DNA of 64,000 nucleotides from an uncultured Ignavibacteria bacterium (GTDB taxonomy: Bacteria; Zixibacteria; MSB-5A5; WJJR01): contig CAYJMP010000002.1 of the NCBI GenBank assembly GCA_964371625.1, positions 1,133,332 to 1,197,331 on the forward strand. Direction: 5' to 3'. The translations under genes were made by a program, and so were the position numbers. The notes under the pieces were generated by a model. That model did no database searches and was not told where the DNA came from. It saw only the letters and a list, made by a program, of their open reading frames with translations. Of the stretch, positions 45,241 through 57,305 are shown piece after piece (within the stretch, counting starts at the first letter, position 1; each line of letters starts with the position of its first letter).

Positions 45241-45711
45241 ATGCCACGCCGTAAGTCCGTCGCCAAGCGCGAAGTTTTGCCCGACCCGAAGTTTCAGGAT
45301 GTGACCGTGACGCAGTTCGTTAACGGTCTCATGCAGCGGGGCAAGAAGTCGCTGGCCGAGAATATTCTCTATGATTCCTTCTCGATCATCGAGAAGGAGA
45401 CTCAGCAACCCGCCTTGGATGTGTTCAAGAAGGCGATGGACAATGTCCGGCCCATTTTGGAAGTGAAGTCGCGTCGCGTGGGCGGCGCCAACTATCAGGT
45501 CCCGGTCGAAGTTCGTCCGGCGCGTCGCACGGCACTGGCCATTCGCTGGATCATCGGGTTTGCGCGTGATCGCAAAGAGCATTCGATGTCCGAGAAGCTG
45601 GCCGCCGAACTGATTGCCGCCTCGAAACGTGAGGGCTCGGCGATTAAGAAGCGCGAAGACACGCACCGCATGGCTGAAGCCAACAAGGCGTTCGCGCACT
45701 TCCGTTGGTAG
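45241..45711 (+). CDS. rpsG: 30S ribosomal protein S7
   Basis: [18 protein letters not shown]...[13 protein letters not shown]...[10 protein letters not shown]. Confidence 0.97.
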   Translation: MPRRKSVAKREVLPDPKFQDVTVTQFVNGLMQRGKKSLAENILYDSFSIIEKETQQPALDVFKKAMDNVRPILEVKSRRVGGANYQVPVEVRPARRTALAIRWIIGFARDRKEHSMSEKLAAELIAASKREGSAIKKREDTHRMAEANKAFAHFRW

Positions 45712-45823
45712 TTGCCTGAGATAGGAATAGCGGTTTAGTAACGAGATAGAGTCTTGAAGACAGTTTGATCATCCCGACGTGCCGCGGGGCGAAAATCGGC
45801 ACAAGAAACGCGTATGACGATGG

Positions 45824-45849
45824 CGGCGTCGTGAGTCGACGCCGTTTTT
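45824..45849 (+). terminator. Intrinsic terminator-like hairpin between rpsG and fusA
   Basis: CGGCGTCG-TGAGT-CGACGCCG 8-bp stem followed directly by TTTTT. Confidence 0.7.
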
Positions 45850-45971
45850 GAATCAACCGCATGCCGTACCGACGGAAACGCGCGCCTTAGACCCAGGGAG
45901 ACTGGGCCGGTGGCTACTCACCGGACCCTTTCAATCCCCGCACGGCGCACCTCGGTCGGCGGGGAGTTTTT

Positions 45972-48056
<2,085 letters not shown>

Positions 48057-48118
48057 CTCTGAAAGTCCGGCTATAACTACCTAAGTGACGGTCGGATGAG
48101 AGATTGCCAAAAAAGGAC

Positions 48119-48146
48119 TTGCAGTTAGGCACGAAAGGCGTATTTT
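48119..48146 (+). promoter_or_regulatory. Putative S10-operon promoter
   Basis: TTGCAG (48119-48124), 16-nt spacer, TATTTT (48141-48146), preceded by an A-rich tract. Leader hairpin GCTTTC-GCGGCGT-GAAAGC downstream. Confidence 0.35.
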
Positions 48147-48218
48147 GAGCATTCTTTTCGCTTTCGCGGCGTGAAAGCACAAACTGAGACGGTTTGTTGA
48201 GTTGAATGGGGTCTGAAC

Positions 48219-48530
48219 TTGGATATTGGTCCGAAAATACGAATCCGCCTGAAGGCGTACGATCACCGCGCGCTCGATAAGTCGACGCAGGAAATCGCCC
48301 GAACCGCCATGCGGACCGGGGCGCGCATCGTTGGGCCGATTCCGCTCCCGACAAAGCGCAGCGTTTATACCGTACTGCGTTCGCCCCACGTCGACAAGAA
48401 ATCGCGCGAGCAGTTCGAAACGCGCATTCATAAACGCCTGATCGACATTATCGAATCCAGCCCGCAGACAGTCGATGCGCTCATGAAGTTGGAGCTTCCG
48501 GCGGGTGTGGATGTGGAGATCAAAGTCTGA
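48219..48530 (+). CDS. rpsJ: 30S ribosomal protein S10 (TTG start)
   Basis: [15 protein letters not shown]...GPIPLPT...[17 protein letters not shown]. Confidence 0.96.
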   Translation: MDIGPKIRIRLKAYDHRALDKSTQEIARTAMRTGARIVGPIPLPTKRSVYTVLRSPHVDKKSREQFETRIHKRLIDIIESSPQTVDALMKLELPAGVDVEIKV

Positions 48531-48556
48531 TCGTCTTGGCGATCAGGGATGAAACC

Positions 48557-49189
48557 ATGCGTCAGATATTAGGCATAAAGCGCGGTATGGCTACGCTGTT
48601 CCTCGAGAACGGCGACATGGTCGGCGTCACGGTGATCGAGGCAGGTCCGTGTCCGGTCGTGCAGGTCAAGACCAAGGAGAAAGACGGCTATTCGGCGGTT
48701 CAGGTCGGCTTCGGCTCAATCCGAAAGAGCCTCGTGAACAAGCCGGTTACCGGGCATTACAAGACGCTGACTCCGATGCGTTATCTCCGCGAACTGGATC
48801 TGTCCAGCGCCTCCGAGTTGAAAGTCGGTGATGTGGTGACCGTTGATCAATTCAAGACCGGCGAGCACGTCGACGTCATCGGCATCTCGCGCGGTCTGGG
48901 GTTTCAGGGTGTGGTGCGCCGCCACAAGTTTGGCGGCGGTCCGGTGAGTCACGGACAGTCGGATCGCACCCGCGCCCCGGGATCAGTGGGCGCGTCCTCG
49001 TATCCCTCGCGCACGTTCCGCGGTCAGCGGATGGCGGGCCGTATGGGCACTGCGACAGTTACGGAAACGAATTTGCAGGTCGCAGCGGTGCGACCCGAAG
49101 AGAATTTGATTTTTGTCCGTGGAGCCGTTCCCGGTAAGAAGAATGCCTTGGTGATGATTCGTCAGTCGCGCAAACAGCGCGATATATAA
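48557..49189 (+). CDS. rplC: 50S ribosomal protein L3 (start 48557 or 48536)
   Basis: ILGIKRGMATLF...GPCPVVQVKT...FQGVVRRHKFGGGP. Confidence 0.95.
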   Translation: MRQILGIKRGMATLFLENGDMVGVTVIEAGPCPVVQVKTKEKDGYSAVQVGFGSIRKSLVNKPVTGHYKTLTPMRYLRELDLSSASELKVGDVVTVDQFKTGEHVDVIGISRGLGFQGVVRRHKFGGGPVSHGQSDRTRAPGSVGASSYPSRTFRGQRMAGRMGTATVTETNLQVAAVRPEENLIFVRGAVPGKKNALVMIRQSRKQRDI

Positions 49190-49206
49190 GAGTGGAATCC
49201 TGAGAT

Positions 49207-49839
49207 ATGTCTGTGAAGGCCTCAAAATACGATGCAAGCGGTGCGGCCATCGGTTCGGTCGATCTGCCCGATGAGTTGTTCGGGCACGAACCTCATGCCG
49301 CGGCGCTGCATGCGTACGTCAAGATGTACCTGACCAACCAGCGGCAGGGCACAGCGAAGACAAAGACGCGCCGTGAAGTGTCCGGTGGCGGCATCAAGCC
49401 TTGGCGCCAGAAGGGCACTGGCCGGGCTCGCTCTGGTTCGATTACCTCGCCGGTATGGGTCGGTGGTGGACGGGCCTTTGGGCCGCGTCCGCGCGACCAT
49501 CAAGAGGATATGCCGCGCAAGGTGAAGCGACTCGCTCTGATCTCGGCACTCTCCCTGAAGGCGCAGAATGGGGCAGTGAAGATTTGGGATCGCCGCGAGT
49601 TGGATGCTCCCAAGACCAAGATGGTTTCGGATGCGCTGGGGAGAATCGGTATCGGCGGCCGCAAGACACTCTTTCTCGATGAGGGTATCGCACCCAATCT
49701 CTCGAAGTCGTGCCGCAACATTGCCTGGCTCGATCACACACGCGCCGAGTTGACCAATGCCTACCAAATCATGAAGGCGCAGGAGTTGGTCGTGTCACCG
49801 CAGGCGCTGGATCGCATGAAGGAGTTGTTCGCGTCATGA
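49207..49839 (+). CDS. rplD: 50S ribosomal protein L4
   Basis: [34 protein letters not shown] signature. Confidence 0.96.
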   Translation: MSVKASKYDASGAAIGSVDLPDELFGHEPHAAALHAYVKMYLTNQRQGTAKTKTRREVSGGGIKPWRQKGTGRARSGSITSPVWVGGGRAFGPRPRDHQEDMPRKVKRLALISALSLKAQNGAVKIWDRRELDAPKTKMVSDALGRIGIGGRKTLFLDEGIAPNLSKSCRNIAWLDHTRAELTNAYQIMKAQELVVSPQALDRMKELFAS

Positions 49840-50129
49840 AGATCGACGCCCACACCATCGTCAAGCGTGCACTAACCACCGAGAAGAGTCTCAATCTTCG
49901 CGAGGGAATGCACTGCTATGCGTTTGAAGTCGCCTCTGATGCCAACCGGATGGATATCAGCCGCGCGGTCGAAGAGCTGTTCAAAGTGAAAGTCACCGCG
50001 GTGCGCACGATCAATGTCCGGGGAAAGCTCAAGCGGCTCGGACGCTTCGTGGGAAAGCGGCCCGCGTGGAAGAAGGCGTACGTCACTATCGCCCCGGAAG
50101 GGCATATCGAGCTCTTTGAGAAGACCTAA
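49836..50129 (+). CDS. rplW: 50S ribosomal protein L23
   Basis: ATGA overlap with the rplD stop. [18 protein letters not shown]...[25 protein letters not shown]. Confidence 0.94.
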   Translation: MKIDAHTIVKRALTTEKSLNLREGMHCYAFEVASDANRMDISRAVEELFKVKVTAVRTINVRGKLKRLGRFVGKRPAWKKAYVTIAPEGHIELFEKT

Positions 50130-50159
50130 GACGGTCGTTCTGGTATAGAGATAGAGACT

Positions 50160-50987
50160 ATGGGAATCAAATCATTCAAGCCGACGTCTGCGGGGATCCG
50201 TCATCGCACCATTCCGACCTTTGACGAGATCACCAAGACAACGCCGGAAAAGTCCCTGACCGAGGCGCTGCGCAAGTCGGGCGGTCGCAACAACAAGGGG
50301 CGCGTGACGGCGTTTTGTCGCGGCGGCGGCCACAAGCGGTTCTATCGTTTGGTCGACTTCCGTCGTGACAAGTACGGCGTTCCCGCGCGCGTCGCCGCGA
50401 TCGAGTACGATCCCAATCGTTCGGCCCGAATCGCGCTCTTGTTTTATGCCGATGGCGAGAAGCGGTACATCCTGGCGCCTGATGGCCTCAATGTCGGCGA
50501 GACGATTCTCTCCGGGCCGGATGTCGAGGTGAAGGTCGGCAACGCTCTCGCTCTGGCGAATATTCCGCTGGGCGTGACGGTTCACAATGTCGAGTTGAAG
50601 CAGGGCAAAGGTGGGCAGATGGCGCGTGCCGCCGGCGCGCAAGTCATTGTTGCCGCCAAAGAAAACGGTATGGCGCACTTGAAGCTGCCCTCGGGCGAAG
50701 TGCGTCTCGTGCGCGAACAGTGTTTTGCCACGGTCGGGCAAGTCGGCAACCTCGACCATGAAAACGTGAGTTTGGGGAAGGCCGGCGCCAGTCGCTGGCT
50801 CGGACGGCGTCCCAGCGTGCGCGGCGTGGTGATGAATCCCGTCGATCACCCGATGGGCGGCGGAGAAGGACGTTCCTCGGGTGGACGCCACCCCTGTTCG
50901 CCGTGGGGACTGAAATCGAAGGGCCTGAAAACACGAAAGAAGAAAAACCCGTCGAGCAAGTATATCGTCAAGCGTCGGGATCGTTAG
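50160..50987 (+). CDS. rplB: 50S ribosomal protein L2
   Basis: [12 protein letters not shown]...GGGHKRFYR...[18 protein letters not shown]. Confidence 0.97.
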   Translation: MGIKSFKPTSAGIRHRTIPTFDEITKTTPEKSLTEALRKSGGRNNKGRVTAFCRGGGHKRFYRLVDFRRDKYGVPARVAAIEYDPNRSARIALLFYADGEKRYILAPDGLNVGETILSGPDVEVKVGNALALANIPLGVTVHNVELKQGKGGQMARAAGAQVIVAAKENGMAHLKLPSGEVRLVREQCFATVGQVGNLDHENVSLGKAGASRWLGRRPSVRGVVMNPVDHPMGGGEGRSSGGRHPCSPWGLKSKGLKTRKKKNPSSKYIVKRRDR

Positions 50988-51021
50988 CGAATACCGTCAG
51001 CCGGTTGTGAGGAGATAACGC

Positions 51022-51318
51022 GTGCCACGTTCGTTGAAAAAGGGACCTTACGTCGCCGAGAGTGTTCTGAATGTCGTTCAGAAGCTCAATGAGGAAGGCG
51101 AAAAGCGCGTCGTCAAGACGTGGTCGCGCCGTTCGACAATCCCGCCGGACTTCGTCGGGCACACGATCGCGATCCACAACGGCAACAAGTTCATCCCGGT
51201 CTATGTGACCGAAAACATGGTTGGCCACAAACTGGGCGAGTTTGCCCCCACGCGGACATTCCGCGGGCACGGCGAGAAGAAAACCGAGAAAGCCACCGGC
51301 CCAGGACACAAGAAGTAA
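51022..51318 (+). CDS. rpsS: 30S ribosomal protein S19 (GTG start)
   Basis: [10 protein letters not shown]...[25 protein letters not shown]. Confidence 0.96.
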   Translation: MPRSLKKGPYVAESVLNVVQKLNEEGEKRVVKTWSRRSTIPPDFVGHTIAIHNGNKFIPVYVTENMVGHKLGEFAPTRTFRGHGEKKTEKATGPGHKK

Positions 51319-51336
51319 CTCCGAAGACGATACGCT

Positions 51337-51804
51337 ATGGAAGGTAAAGCACACTCGAGGTTCTGTCGTGGATCGGCGCGGAAAATGCGCCGGGTCGCGG
51401 CGTTGGTCAAGGGAATGCCGGTCGATCGCGCGGCAGCGGTTCTGAAGGCGCTGCCCAAGGCGGCGGCCACCCCGTTGGCCAAAACGATCGCTTCGGCTAC
51501 GGCGAACGCGCTGGCGATCGAAGGCACTGCGCATCACAAAAGCGGCGACTTCGTCGTTTCGGAAGTGAGCATTGATGGCGGTCCCATTGCCCGTCGCTTT
51601 CGAGCCACCGGCATGGGCCGTGCATATCGGATCCGCAAGCGTTACTGCCATGTGAACGTCGTTGTCTCCGACCAGGCTCAGCAAGCGCGGCCCGCGAAGA
51701 AGACGGTCACGGTCAAGACGGCGTCGGCCGCAACCACGGAGACGAAGAAACCGGCTCCCGTCAAAAAACCGGCGGTGAAGAAATCGCCGGAGAAGAAATC
51801 GTAG
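51337..51804 (+). CDS. rplV: 50S ribosomal protein L22 with K/P/A-rich C-terminal extension
   Basis: L22 core (GSARKMRRVAALVKGMPVDRA...RAYRIRKRYCHVNVVV) plus the tail KKTVTVKTASAATTETKKPAPVKKPAVKKSPEKKS. Confidence 0.94.
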   Translation: MEGKAHSRFCRGSARKMRRVAALVKGMPVDRAAAVLKALPKAAATPLAKTIASATANALAIEGTAHHKSGDFVVSEVSIDGGPIARRFRATGMGRAYRIRKRYCHVNVVVSDQAQQARPAKKTVTVKTASAATTETKKPAPVKKPAVKKSPEKKS

Positions 51805-51830
51805 TTAGCTGAAGTTTCTGGAGGATCGCT

Positions 51831-52619
51831 TTGGGTCAGAAGACACATCCGGTTGGCTTTCGAGTTGGCGTGATTCGCGGCTGGTCGTCGCGTTGGTTTG
51901 CCCAGCGCAACTTTGCTGATCTGCTTATCGAGGATCAGACGATCAAGAAGTACATCGGCCGCCGTTTGGAGAATGCCGGTATAGCCAAGATCGAAATCGT
52001 CCGCCAGCCGAAGCGCATTACCGTCGACATCCACACGTCACGTCCTGGGATCGTGATTGGACGCAAGGGCGCGGAGGTCGACAAGCTGCGTGAAGAGCTT
52101 CAGCTTCTGACGAAAAAAGACATCACGTTGAATATTATCGAAGTGAAGCGTCCGGAATTGCGGGCGCAGTTGGTGGGGGATTCCATCGCCCGTCAGCTCG
52201 AGGGCCGCATCTCTTTCCGTCGCGCGATGAAGAAGTCGCTGGCGGCGACCATGAAGATGGGCGCTTTGGGCATGCGCATTCAATGCAGCGGACGTTTGGG
52301 TGGCGCGGAAATCGCCCGCTCGGAAAAGTACATGGAAGGACGCGTGCCGCTTCACACTCTGAGGGCCGACATTGACTTTGCGCGTTCGACTGCGCACACG
52401 GCCTTCGGCACGATTGGCGTCAAGGTGTGGATCTTCAAAGGCGAAGTGCTCGGGCCAACCGACCAGACGGACAAGGAAGAGGAATTGCCATCATTTGGCA
52501 GGGAACGTGAACGGGATCGTGGCCGCGGCCCCCGCTCGAAGAAGCCCGCCGGCGCGCGTTCGCGCCGCAAACGTCCGGAAGAGCTTGCCGCCGAAGGCGG
52601 AGAAGCGACGGAAGAATAA
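51831..52619 (+). CDS. rpsC: 30S ribosomal protein S3 (TTG start) with charged C-terminal extension
   Basis: [12 protein letters not shown]...KH domain...[12 protein letters not shown]. Tail is rich in R/E/K. Confidence 0.96.
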   Translation: MGQKTHPVGFRVGVIRGWSSRWFAQRNFADLLIEDQTIKKYIGRRLENAGIAKIEIVRQPKRITVDIHTSRPGIVIGRKGAEVDKLREELQLLTKKDITLNIIEVKRPELRAQLVGDSIARQLEGRISFRRAMKKSLAATMKMGALGMRIQCSGRLGGAEIARSEKYMEGRVPLHTLRADIDFARSTAHTAFGTIGVKVWIFKGEVLGPTDQTDKEEELPSFGRERERDRGRGPRSKKPAGARSRRKRPEELAAEGGEATEE

Positions 52620-52649
52620 ACGGAATTCGACTGAAGGATTGATTGTCCA

Positions 52650-53078
52650 GTGCTGTCACCTAAACGAGTCAAACATCGCAAGCAGCAACGCGGCCGTCGC
52701 ACCGGGAAGGCTTACCTCGGTAGCACGATTGCCTTTGGTCAGTTCGGCCTGAAGGCGCTGGAGCCGGCGTGGTTGACCAACAAGCAGATCGAGGCCGCAC
52801 GTGTCGCGCTCACCCGCCACATCAAGCGCGGCGGCAAGGTCTGGATCCGGGTGTTTCCCGACAAGCCCGTCACCGTCAAGCCGGCGGAGACTCGTATGGG
52901 CAAGGGAAAAGGCAACCCGGAGTACTGGGTCGCAGTGGTAAAGCCCGGACGGATCATGTTTGAGATCGATGGTATCGAGGAGAAGTTGGCTGAGACGGCG
53001 TTGCGGCTGGCGGCCGGTAAGCTTCCGCTCAAAACGAAGTTTGTAAAGTCGCACGCGGTCGGGGCCGCACAGGGATAG
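52650..53078 (+). CDS. rplP: 50S ribosomal protein L16 (GTG start)
   Basis: [15 protein letters not shown]...[24 protein letters not shown]. Confidence 0.96.
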   Translation: MLSPKRVKHRKQQRGRRTGKAYLGSTIAFGQFGLKALEPAWLTNKQIEAARVALTRHIKRGGKVWIRVFPDKPVTVKPAETRMGKGKGNPEYWVAVVKPGRIMFEIDGIEEKLAETALRLAAGKLPLKTKFVKSHAVGAAQG

Positions 53079-53082
53079 CGTC

Positions 53083-53286
53083 ATGGAAAAGCTTGGCAAC
53101 GATCGTCTGCGCGAAATGGCTCCGGAAGAGTTGGGCCGGCATCTGCGCGAATTGCAGGAAGAACTTTTTAATATTCGGGTGCGCCGCTCGCTGCAACCGC
53201 CGGCCAACCCCGTCATACTTCGCTACCTCAGGCGTCAGATTGCCCGGGTTCAGACCGTGATGACCCAACGCCGCAGAGAGGCTTAA
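53083..53286 (+). CDS. rpmC: 50S ribosomal protein L29
   Basis: 67 aa, ...LRELQEELFNIRVRR... in the conserved position between rplP and rpsQ. Confidence 0.92.
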   Translation: MEKLGNDRLREMAPEELGRHLRELQEELFNIRVRRSLQPPANPVILRYLRRQIARVQTVMTQRRREA

Positions 53287-53306
53287 GGAGAGGTTTGGTC
53301 GAGACA

Positions 53307-53573
53307 ATGCCAGTCGTCAAGCGCACAGGAGCACGCAAGACCCGTATCGGGATCGTGGTGTCCGACAAGATGAACAAGTCGATCACCGTGAAGATCGACC
53401 GCACAATCGCGCATCCGACCTACGGCCGCGTTGTGCGCGTATCGTCGCGGCTGATGGCGCATGACGAAAAGGGAGACGCGCACGTTGGCGATCGGGTGCT
53501 GGTGATGGAGACGCGCCCTCTCTCGAAAATGAAACGCTGGCGTCTTGTGGAAGTGCTAGAGCGTGCGAAGTAG
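53307..53573 (+). CDS. rpsQ: 30S ribosomal protein S17 (start 53307 ATG or 53295 TTG)
   Basis: GIVVSDKMNKSITVKIDR...HPTYGRVV...HDEKGDAHVGDRV. Confidence 0.94.
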   Translation: MPVVKRTGARKTRIGIVVSDKMNKSITVKIDRTIAHPTYGRVVRVSSRLMAHDEKGDAHVGDRVLVMETRPLSKMKRWRLVEVLERAK

Positions 53574-53603
53574 GCGTCCTTGAATTTATGAGAGTGTGAT
53601 GCG

Positions 53604-53972
53604 ATGATACAAGAATACAGCCGACTCAATGTTGCCGACAACTCGGGCGCGAAGATCATCATGTGCTTCCGCGTGCTCGGCGGGACCAAGCGGCGCTATG
53701 CGCGTGTCGGCGACTTGGTGATTTGTTCCGTGAAGGAAGCGGTTCCCGGGGGGACCGTTAAGAAGAAAGAAAAATGCCGGGCGGTGGTCGTGCGTACGAC
53801 GCGTCCCGTCCGCCGGCGTGATGGCTCGTACATCCGATTCTCGGACAACGCCGCGGTGATCATCAACGATGCCGGCGAACCGCGCGGGACCCGCATCTTT
53901 GGTCCGGTCGCGCGCGAATTGCGCGAGAAGAACTTCATGAAGATCGTCTCGCTGGCGCCGGAAGTACTCTAA
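53604..53972 (+). CDS. rplN: 50S ribosomal protein L14
   Basis: [17 protein letters not shown]...[12 protein letters not shown]... Confidence 0.97.
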   Translation: MIQEYSRLNVADNSGAKIIMCFRVLGGTKRRYARVGDLVICSVKEAVPGGTVKKKEKCRAVVVRTTRPVRRRDGSYIRFSDNAAVIINDAGEPRGTRIFGPVARELREKNFMKIVSLAPEVL

Positions 53973-53997
53973 GCAATTGTGGAGTGAGTGACATACT

Positions 53998-54222
53998 ATG
54001 CCGCATGTGAAAAAAGGTGATGTCGTCGTGGTCCTCGCGGGCGCGGACAAAGGCAAGACCGGACGTGTCTTGCAGGTCAATCCCGGCAAAGACCGTTGTG
54101 TGGTCGAGGGTGTGAATATGATCAAGAAACACTCGCGTCCCACCCAGCGCAATCCCAAGGGCGGCATCGTCGAAAAGGAAGCGCCGATTCACATTTCCAA
54201 TGTGAAAAAGCAGACAACGTAA
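53998..54222 (+). CDS. rplX: 50S ribosomal protein L24 (short form, 74 aa)
   Basis: KOW motif [23 protein letters not shown]...PIHISNV. Ends soon after the KOW/core region. Confidence 0.92.
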   Translation: MPHVKKGDVVVVLAGADKGKTGRVLQVNPGKDRCVVEGVNMIKKHSRPTQRNPKGGIVEKEAPIHISNVKKQTT

Positions 54223-54242
54223 ACACAGATTTGGACTGACAC

Positions 54243-54920
54243 GTGGCCAAGGGCGAGAAGACAACAGAAAAGAAAAGCCAGCCGGCAAAAGAAGCTAAGG
54301 CCAAAGAGGCCAAGGCTAAAGAGCCGAAGGCTAAGGCTGACAAGGAGCCGGCAGTCAAAGAGACTGCAGTGCCGCCTCGCTTGAAAGAACGCTACCACAG
54401 TGACGTTGTGCCGAAGCTGATGGAGCAATTCGGTTTCAAAAGCCCGATGCGCGCGCCCCGGATCGATAAAATCGTCGTCAATCAGGGATTGGGTGAGGCG
54501 ATTGCCAATCCCAAAGTCGTGGAGTTGGCCGCGACCGAGCTGGGCATGATCACCGGGCAGAAGGCTGTTATTCGTCGGTCCCGCAAGGCGATCTCGAATT
54601 TCAAGCTGCGCCAGGGTATTGCGATTGGATGCTCGGTGACGCTGCGCGGCGCGAAGATGTATGAATTCTTCGATCGGCTGACCAGCGTGGCGCTGCCCCG
54701 TGTCCGCGATTTCCGCGGCGTGCCGACCAAGTCGTTTGACGGGCAGGGGAACTACACGCTGGGAATCAAAGAACAGATCATCTTTCCGGAGATTGACTAC
54801 GACAAGGTCGACAAGATCCGTGGAATGAACATTACGATTTGCACCAGCGCCCGTACCGATGAAGAAGGCGTTGAACTCTTAAGACTCATGGGAATGCCGT
54901 TCCGCAAGCGCGGGACGTGA
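54243..54920 (+). CDS. rplE: 50S ribosomal protein L5, apparently with about 42-aa K/A/E-rich N-terminal extension (GTG start; alternative GTG at 54369)
   Basis: L5 core begins at [22 protein letters not shown]...FRGVP...[16 protein letters not shown]. The upstream in-frame segment encodes [21 protein letters not shown]. Confidence 0.9.
   Translation: MAKGEKTTEKKSQPAKEAKAKEAKAKEPKAKADKEPAVKETAVPPRLKERYHSDVVPKLMEQFGFKSPMRAPRIDKIVVNQGLGEAIANPKVVELAATELGMITGQKAVIRRSRKAISNFKLRQGIAIGCSVTLRGAKMYEFFDRLTSVALPRVRDFRGVPTKSFDGQGNYTLGIKEQIIFPEIDYDKVDKIRGMNITICTSARTDEEGVELLRLMGMPFRKRGT
54294..54338 (+). repeat. Three imperfect 15-bp tandem units encoding (A/P)KAKE-type pentapeptides
   Basis: GCTAAGGCCAAAGAG / GCCAAGGCTAAAGAG / CCGAAGGCTAAGGCT, read directly within the 5' part of the rplE ORF. 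Confidence 0.6.
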
Positions 54921-54949
54921 GGCTCCAATTGCTGACGGATTAGGATTCT

Positions 54950-55135
54950 ATGGCGAAGAAATGCTTGGTCGTAAAACAGAAAAGAACCCCGAAGTTTGCG
55001 GTACGGGGATACAACCGTTGTCGTCTCTGCGGCCGGCCGCGCGCGTTTCTGCGCAAGTTCGGCGTGTGCCGTTTGTGCTTCCGCCAACTCGCGCTGCAGG
55101 GTGATATCCCGGGCGTCGTGAAGGCCAGCTGGTAA
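54950..55135 (+). CDS. rpsN: 30S ribosomal protein S14, type Z (zinc-binding, 61 aa)
   Basis: [22 protein letters not shown]: two CxxC pairs and the short length typical of S14 type Z. Confidence 0.95.
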   Translation: MAKKCLVVKQKRTPKFAVRGYNRCRLCGRPRAFLRKFGVCRLCFRQLALQGDIPGVVKASW

Positions 55136-55157
55136 TCATCAAGGTGGGAATTTCGCA

Positions 55158-55556
55158 ATGTCGATGACCGATCCAATCTCTGATCTCTTGACGCGCATCC
55201 GTAACGCCTCCGGCGCCGGCCATAAGCGGTTGACGGTGCCGGGTTCGCGCATGAAGCGCGAAGTCACGCGCATCCTGCAGGAGAATCACTACATCAAGGG
55301 ATTCACCGAACAGGCGGACACTAAGCAAAACAGTCTGGTGATTCGTTTGCGCTACACGCCCGACCAGGAGCCGGTCATTACGGGACTGCGACGTTTGTCA
55401 CGTCCGGGACTGCGCCGTTACGCCGACAAGGATCAGTTGAGAATTATCAATCGTCAGTTGGGTGTTACTGTGGTTTCTACCTCGCGCGGCATCATGACCG
55501 TCAAGCAGGCGCTCGAGGAAGGCGTGGGAGGAGAGCTTCTCTGTCACGTCTGGTAG
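55158..55556 (+). CDS. rpsH: 30S ribosomal protein S8
   Basis: MTDPISDLLTRIRNA...STSRGIMT...GGELLCHVW. Confidence 0.96.
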   Translation: MSMTDPISDLLTRIRNASGAGHKRLTVPGSRMKREVTRILQENHYIKGFTEQADTKQNSLVIRLRYTPDQEPVITGLRRLSRPGLRRYADKDQLRIINRQLGVTVVSTSRGIMTVKQALEEGVGGELLCHVW

Positions 55557-55577
55557 GCGTGACTCCGAGCTAACGAT

Positions 55578-56114
55578 ATGTCACGAGTCGGCAAAAACCC
55601 GGTGCCCGTGCCCAAGGGCGTGACCGTCAAGATCGACGGTTCAGCGGTGACGGTGAAGGGCCCCAAGGGGGAGCTTTCGCGCACGTTCAGTCCCGAGATA
55701 GGAATCGCGATGGAGGACGGGCACGTTGTCGTCCGTCGTGAAGGCGACCTTGGACGCGTCCGTGCTTTGCATGGTCTTACCCGCGCGTTGATCGCCAATA
55801 TGGTGACCGGCACATCGAGCGGTTTCCGTCGGGTGCTTGAGATGGTCGGCGTCGGTTACAAGGCGGAATTGATGGGCAAGCGGTTGAATCTGACCGTGGG
55901 ATTTTCTCATCCGATTCTCATTACGCCGCCACCGGGCATCACGTTCGTCGTGGAGAATCCGACACGGTTTGCGATTGAGGGTATCAACAAAGAATTGGTC
56001 GGGGAAATGGCGGCGCGCGTGCGCAAGTTGCGTCCGCCGGAGCCCTATAAGGGCAAGGGAATTCGTTACGAAGGCGAGCATATCCGTCGCAAGGCCGGCA
56101 AGACCGCGGCTTAG
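55578..56114 (+). CDS. rplF: 50S ribosomal protein L6
   Basis: MSRVGKNPVPVPKGVTV...GVGYKAEL...PEPYKGKGIRYEGE. Confidence 0.96.
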   Translation: MSRVGKNPVPVPKGVTVKIDGSAVTVKGPKGELSRTFSPEIGIAMEDGHVVVRREGDLGRVRALHGLTRALIANMVTGTSSGFRRVLEMVGVGYKAELMGKRLNLTVGFSHPILITPPPGITFVVENPTRFAIEGINKELVGEMAARVRKLRPPEPYKGKGIRYEGEHIRRKAGKTAA

Positions 56115-56130
56115 CGTCCGGTGAGACAAT

Positions 56131-56496
56131 ATGGGATCACACTTCTACGAACTGAAACAGGCCCGCGGCGAACGACGCCGTCTGCATGTACGCCACCGCG
56201 TGGTCGGTACCCTGGAGCGCCCGCGTTTGACCGTCGCGAAATCGCTGCGCAACATCACCGCGCAGTTAATCGACGACGCGAACGGCCAGACCATCGCGTA
56301 CTGGTCGACCGTCAATGCCAAAGAGGCGGCCAAGGGAACCAAAACGCAGGTGGCCAAGGAAGTCGGCAAGAAGATCGCTGAGCTTGCCAAGGCCAAAGGC
56401 ATCACCAAAGTCGTGTTTGATCGTAACCGTTTCCGCTATCACGGGCGCATTAAGGCGGTCGCCGATGGCGCTCGTGAAGCCGGATTGACCATTTAG
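56131..56496 (+). CDS. rplR: 50S ribosomal protein L18
   Basis: [20 protein letters not shown]...[26 protein letters not shown]. Confidence 0.95.
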   Translation: MGSHFYELKQARGERRRLHVRHRVVGTLERPRLTVAKSLRNITAQLIDDANGQTIAYWSTVNAKEAAKGTKTQVAKEVGKKIAELAKAKGITKVVFDRNRFRYHGRIKAVADGAREAGLTI

Positions 56497-56517
56497 TCGG
56501 AAAGAAGCAGGCAGAAT

Positions 56518-57099
56518 TTGGCAAGCCATTCAGGACGATCAGGAAGAGACAGTTCAAAGCGCGGTGCACCGGATGCCGGCGAGTTTTTGGAGAAGGTTGT
56601 CTTTGTCAACCGCGTCGCCAAGGTGGTCAAGGGCGGCCGGCGCTTCTCGTTTACGGCGCTGGTAGCGACCGGCGATCGTAAGGGAAGAGTTGGCATCGGG
56701 CTTGGCAAGGCCGGCGAAGTGTCGGAAGCCATTCGCAAGGGCCTGGAGTCGGCCAAGAAGAATTTGGAGCCGGTTATTCTGAAGAATGGGACCATCCCGC
56801 ATCCAGTCATCGGCCGCGCCGGCGCGGCGCGCGTGATTATGCGCCCCGCCTCGGCGGGAACCGGCGTGATCGCCGGCGGCGCGGTCCGTGCGGTCCTGGA
56901 GTCGGCCGGCGTGCAAGACATCTTATCGAAATCCCTGGGATCGTCGAATCCTCAGAATGTTGTCAAAGCGACGATGGACGGCCTGCGTCAGCTACGCCAG
57001 GCGAACATTCTCGCGGAATTCCGCCACAAGATGGCAGGGCGCGCCGCTGAGGCGGCGGCAGCCGTGGCCGTCGCTGCCGCTGAAACGAACGGAAACTGA
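56518..57099 (+). CDS. rpsE: 30S ribosomal protein S5 (TTG start; Ala-rich C-terminal tail)
   Basis: [34 protein letters not shown]...[15 protein letters not shown]. Confidence 0.95.
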   Translation: MASHSGRSGRDSSKRGAPDAGEFLEKVVFVNRVAKVVKGGRRFSFTALVATGDRKGRVGIGLGKAGEVSEAIRKGLESAKKNLEPVILKNGTIPHPVIGRAGAARVIMRPASAGTGVIAGGAVRAVLESAGVQDILSKSLGSSNPQNVVKATMDGLRQLRQANILAEFRHKMAGRAAEAAAAVAVAAAETNGN

Positions 57100-57110
57100 A
57101 CGGGTGAATC

Positions 57111-57296
57111 ATGGCGGGACGTCTTCGCATTACATATGTCCGCTCGGCGATTCGCGGTATCCAGCAACACCACCGCAATGTCCGCGCGCTGGGTTTTCGG
57201 AAGCTATATCAAACGGTGGAGCACGACGACTCTCCCATGATTCGCGGGATGATTCGCGCCGTCGCACACTTGGTCAAAGTTGAAAAGGTCAGTTAG
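57111..57296 (+). CDS. rpmD: 50S ribosomal protein L30
   Basis: 61 aa, LRITYVRSAIRGIQQHHRNVRALGFRKL... Confidence 0.93.
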   Translation: MAGRLRITYVRSAIRGIQQHHRNVRALGFRKLYQTVEHDDSPMIRGMIRAVAHLVKVEKVS

Positions 57297-57305
57297 GATT
57301 CGAAT

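Noticed and set aside
54223-54368. Possibility that L24 continues past its stop, or that a separate small basic protein is encoded between rplX and the L5 core.
   Set aside because: The basic-rich translations in the other frames are a by-product of the AAG/GCC/GAG-rich tandem repeat. The only frame contiguous with a conserved protein is the L5 frame.
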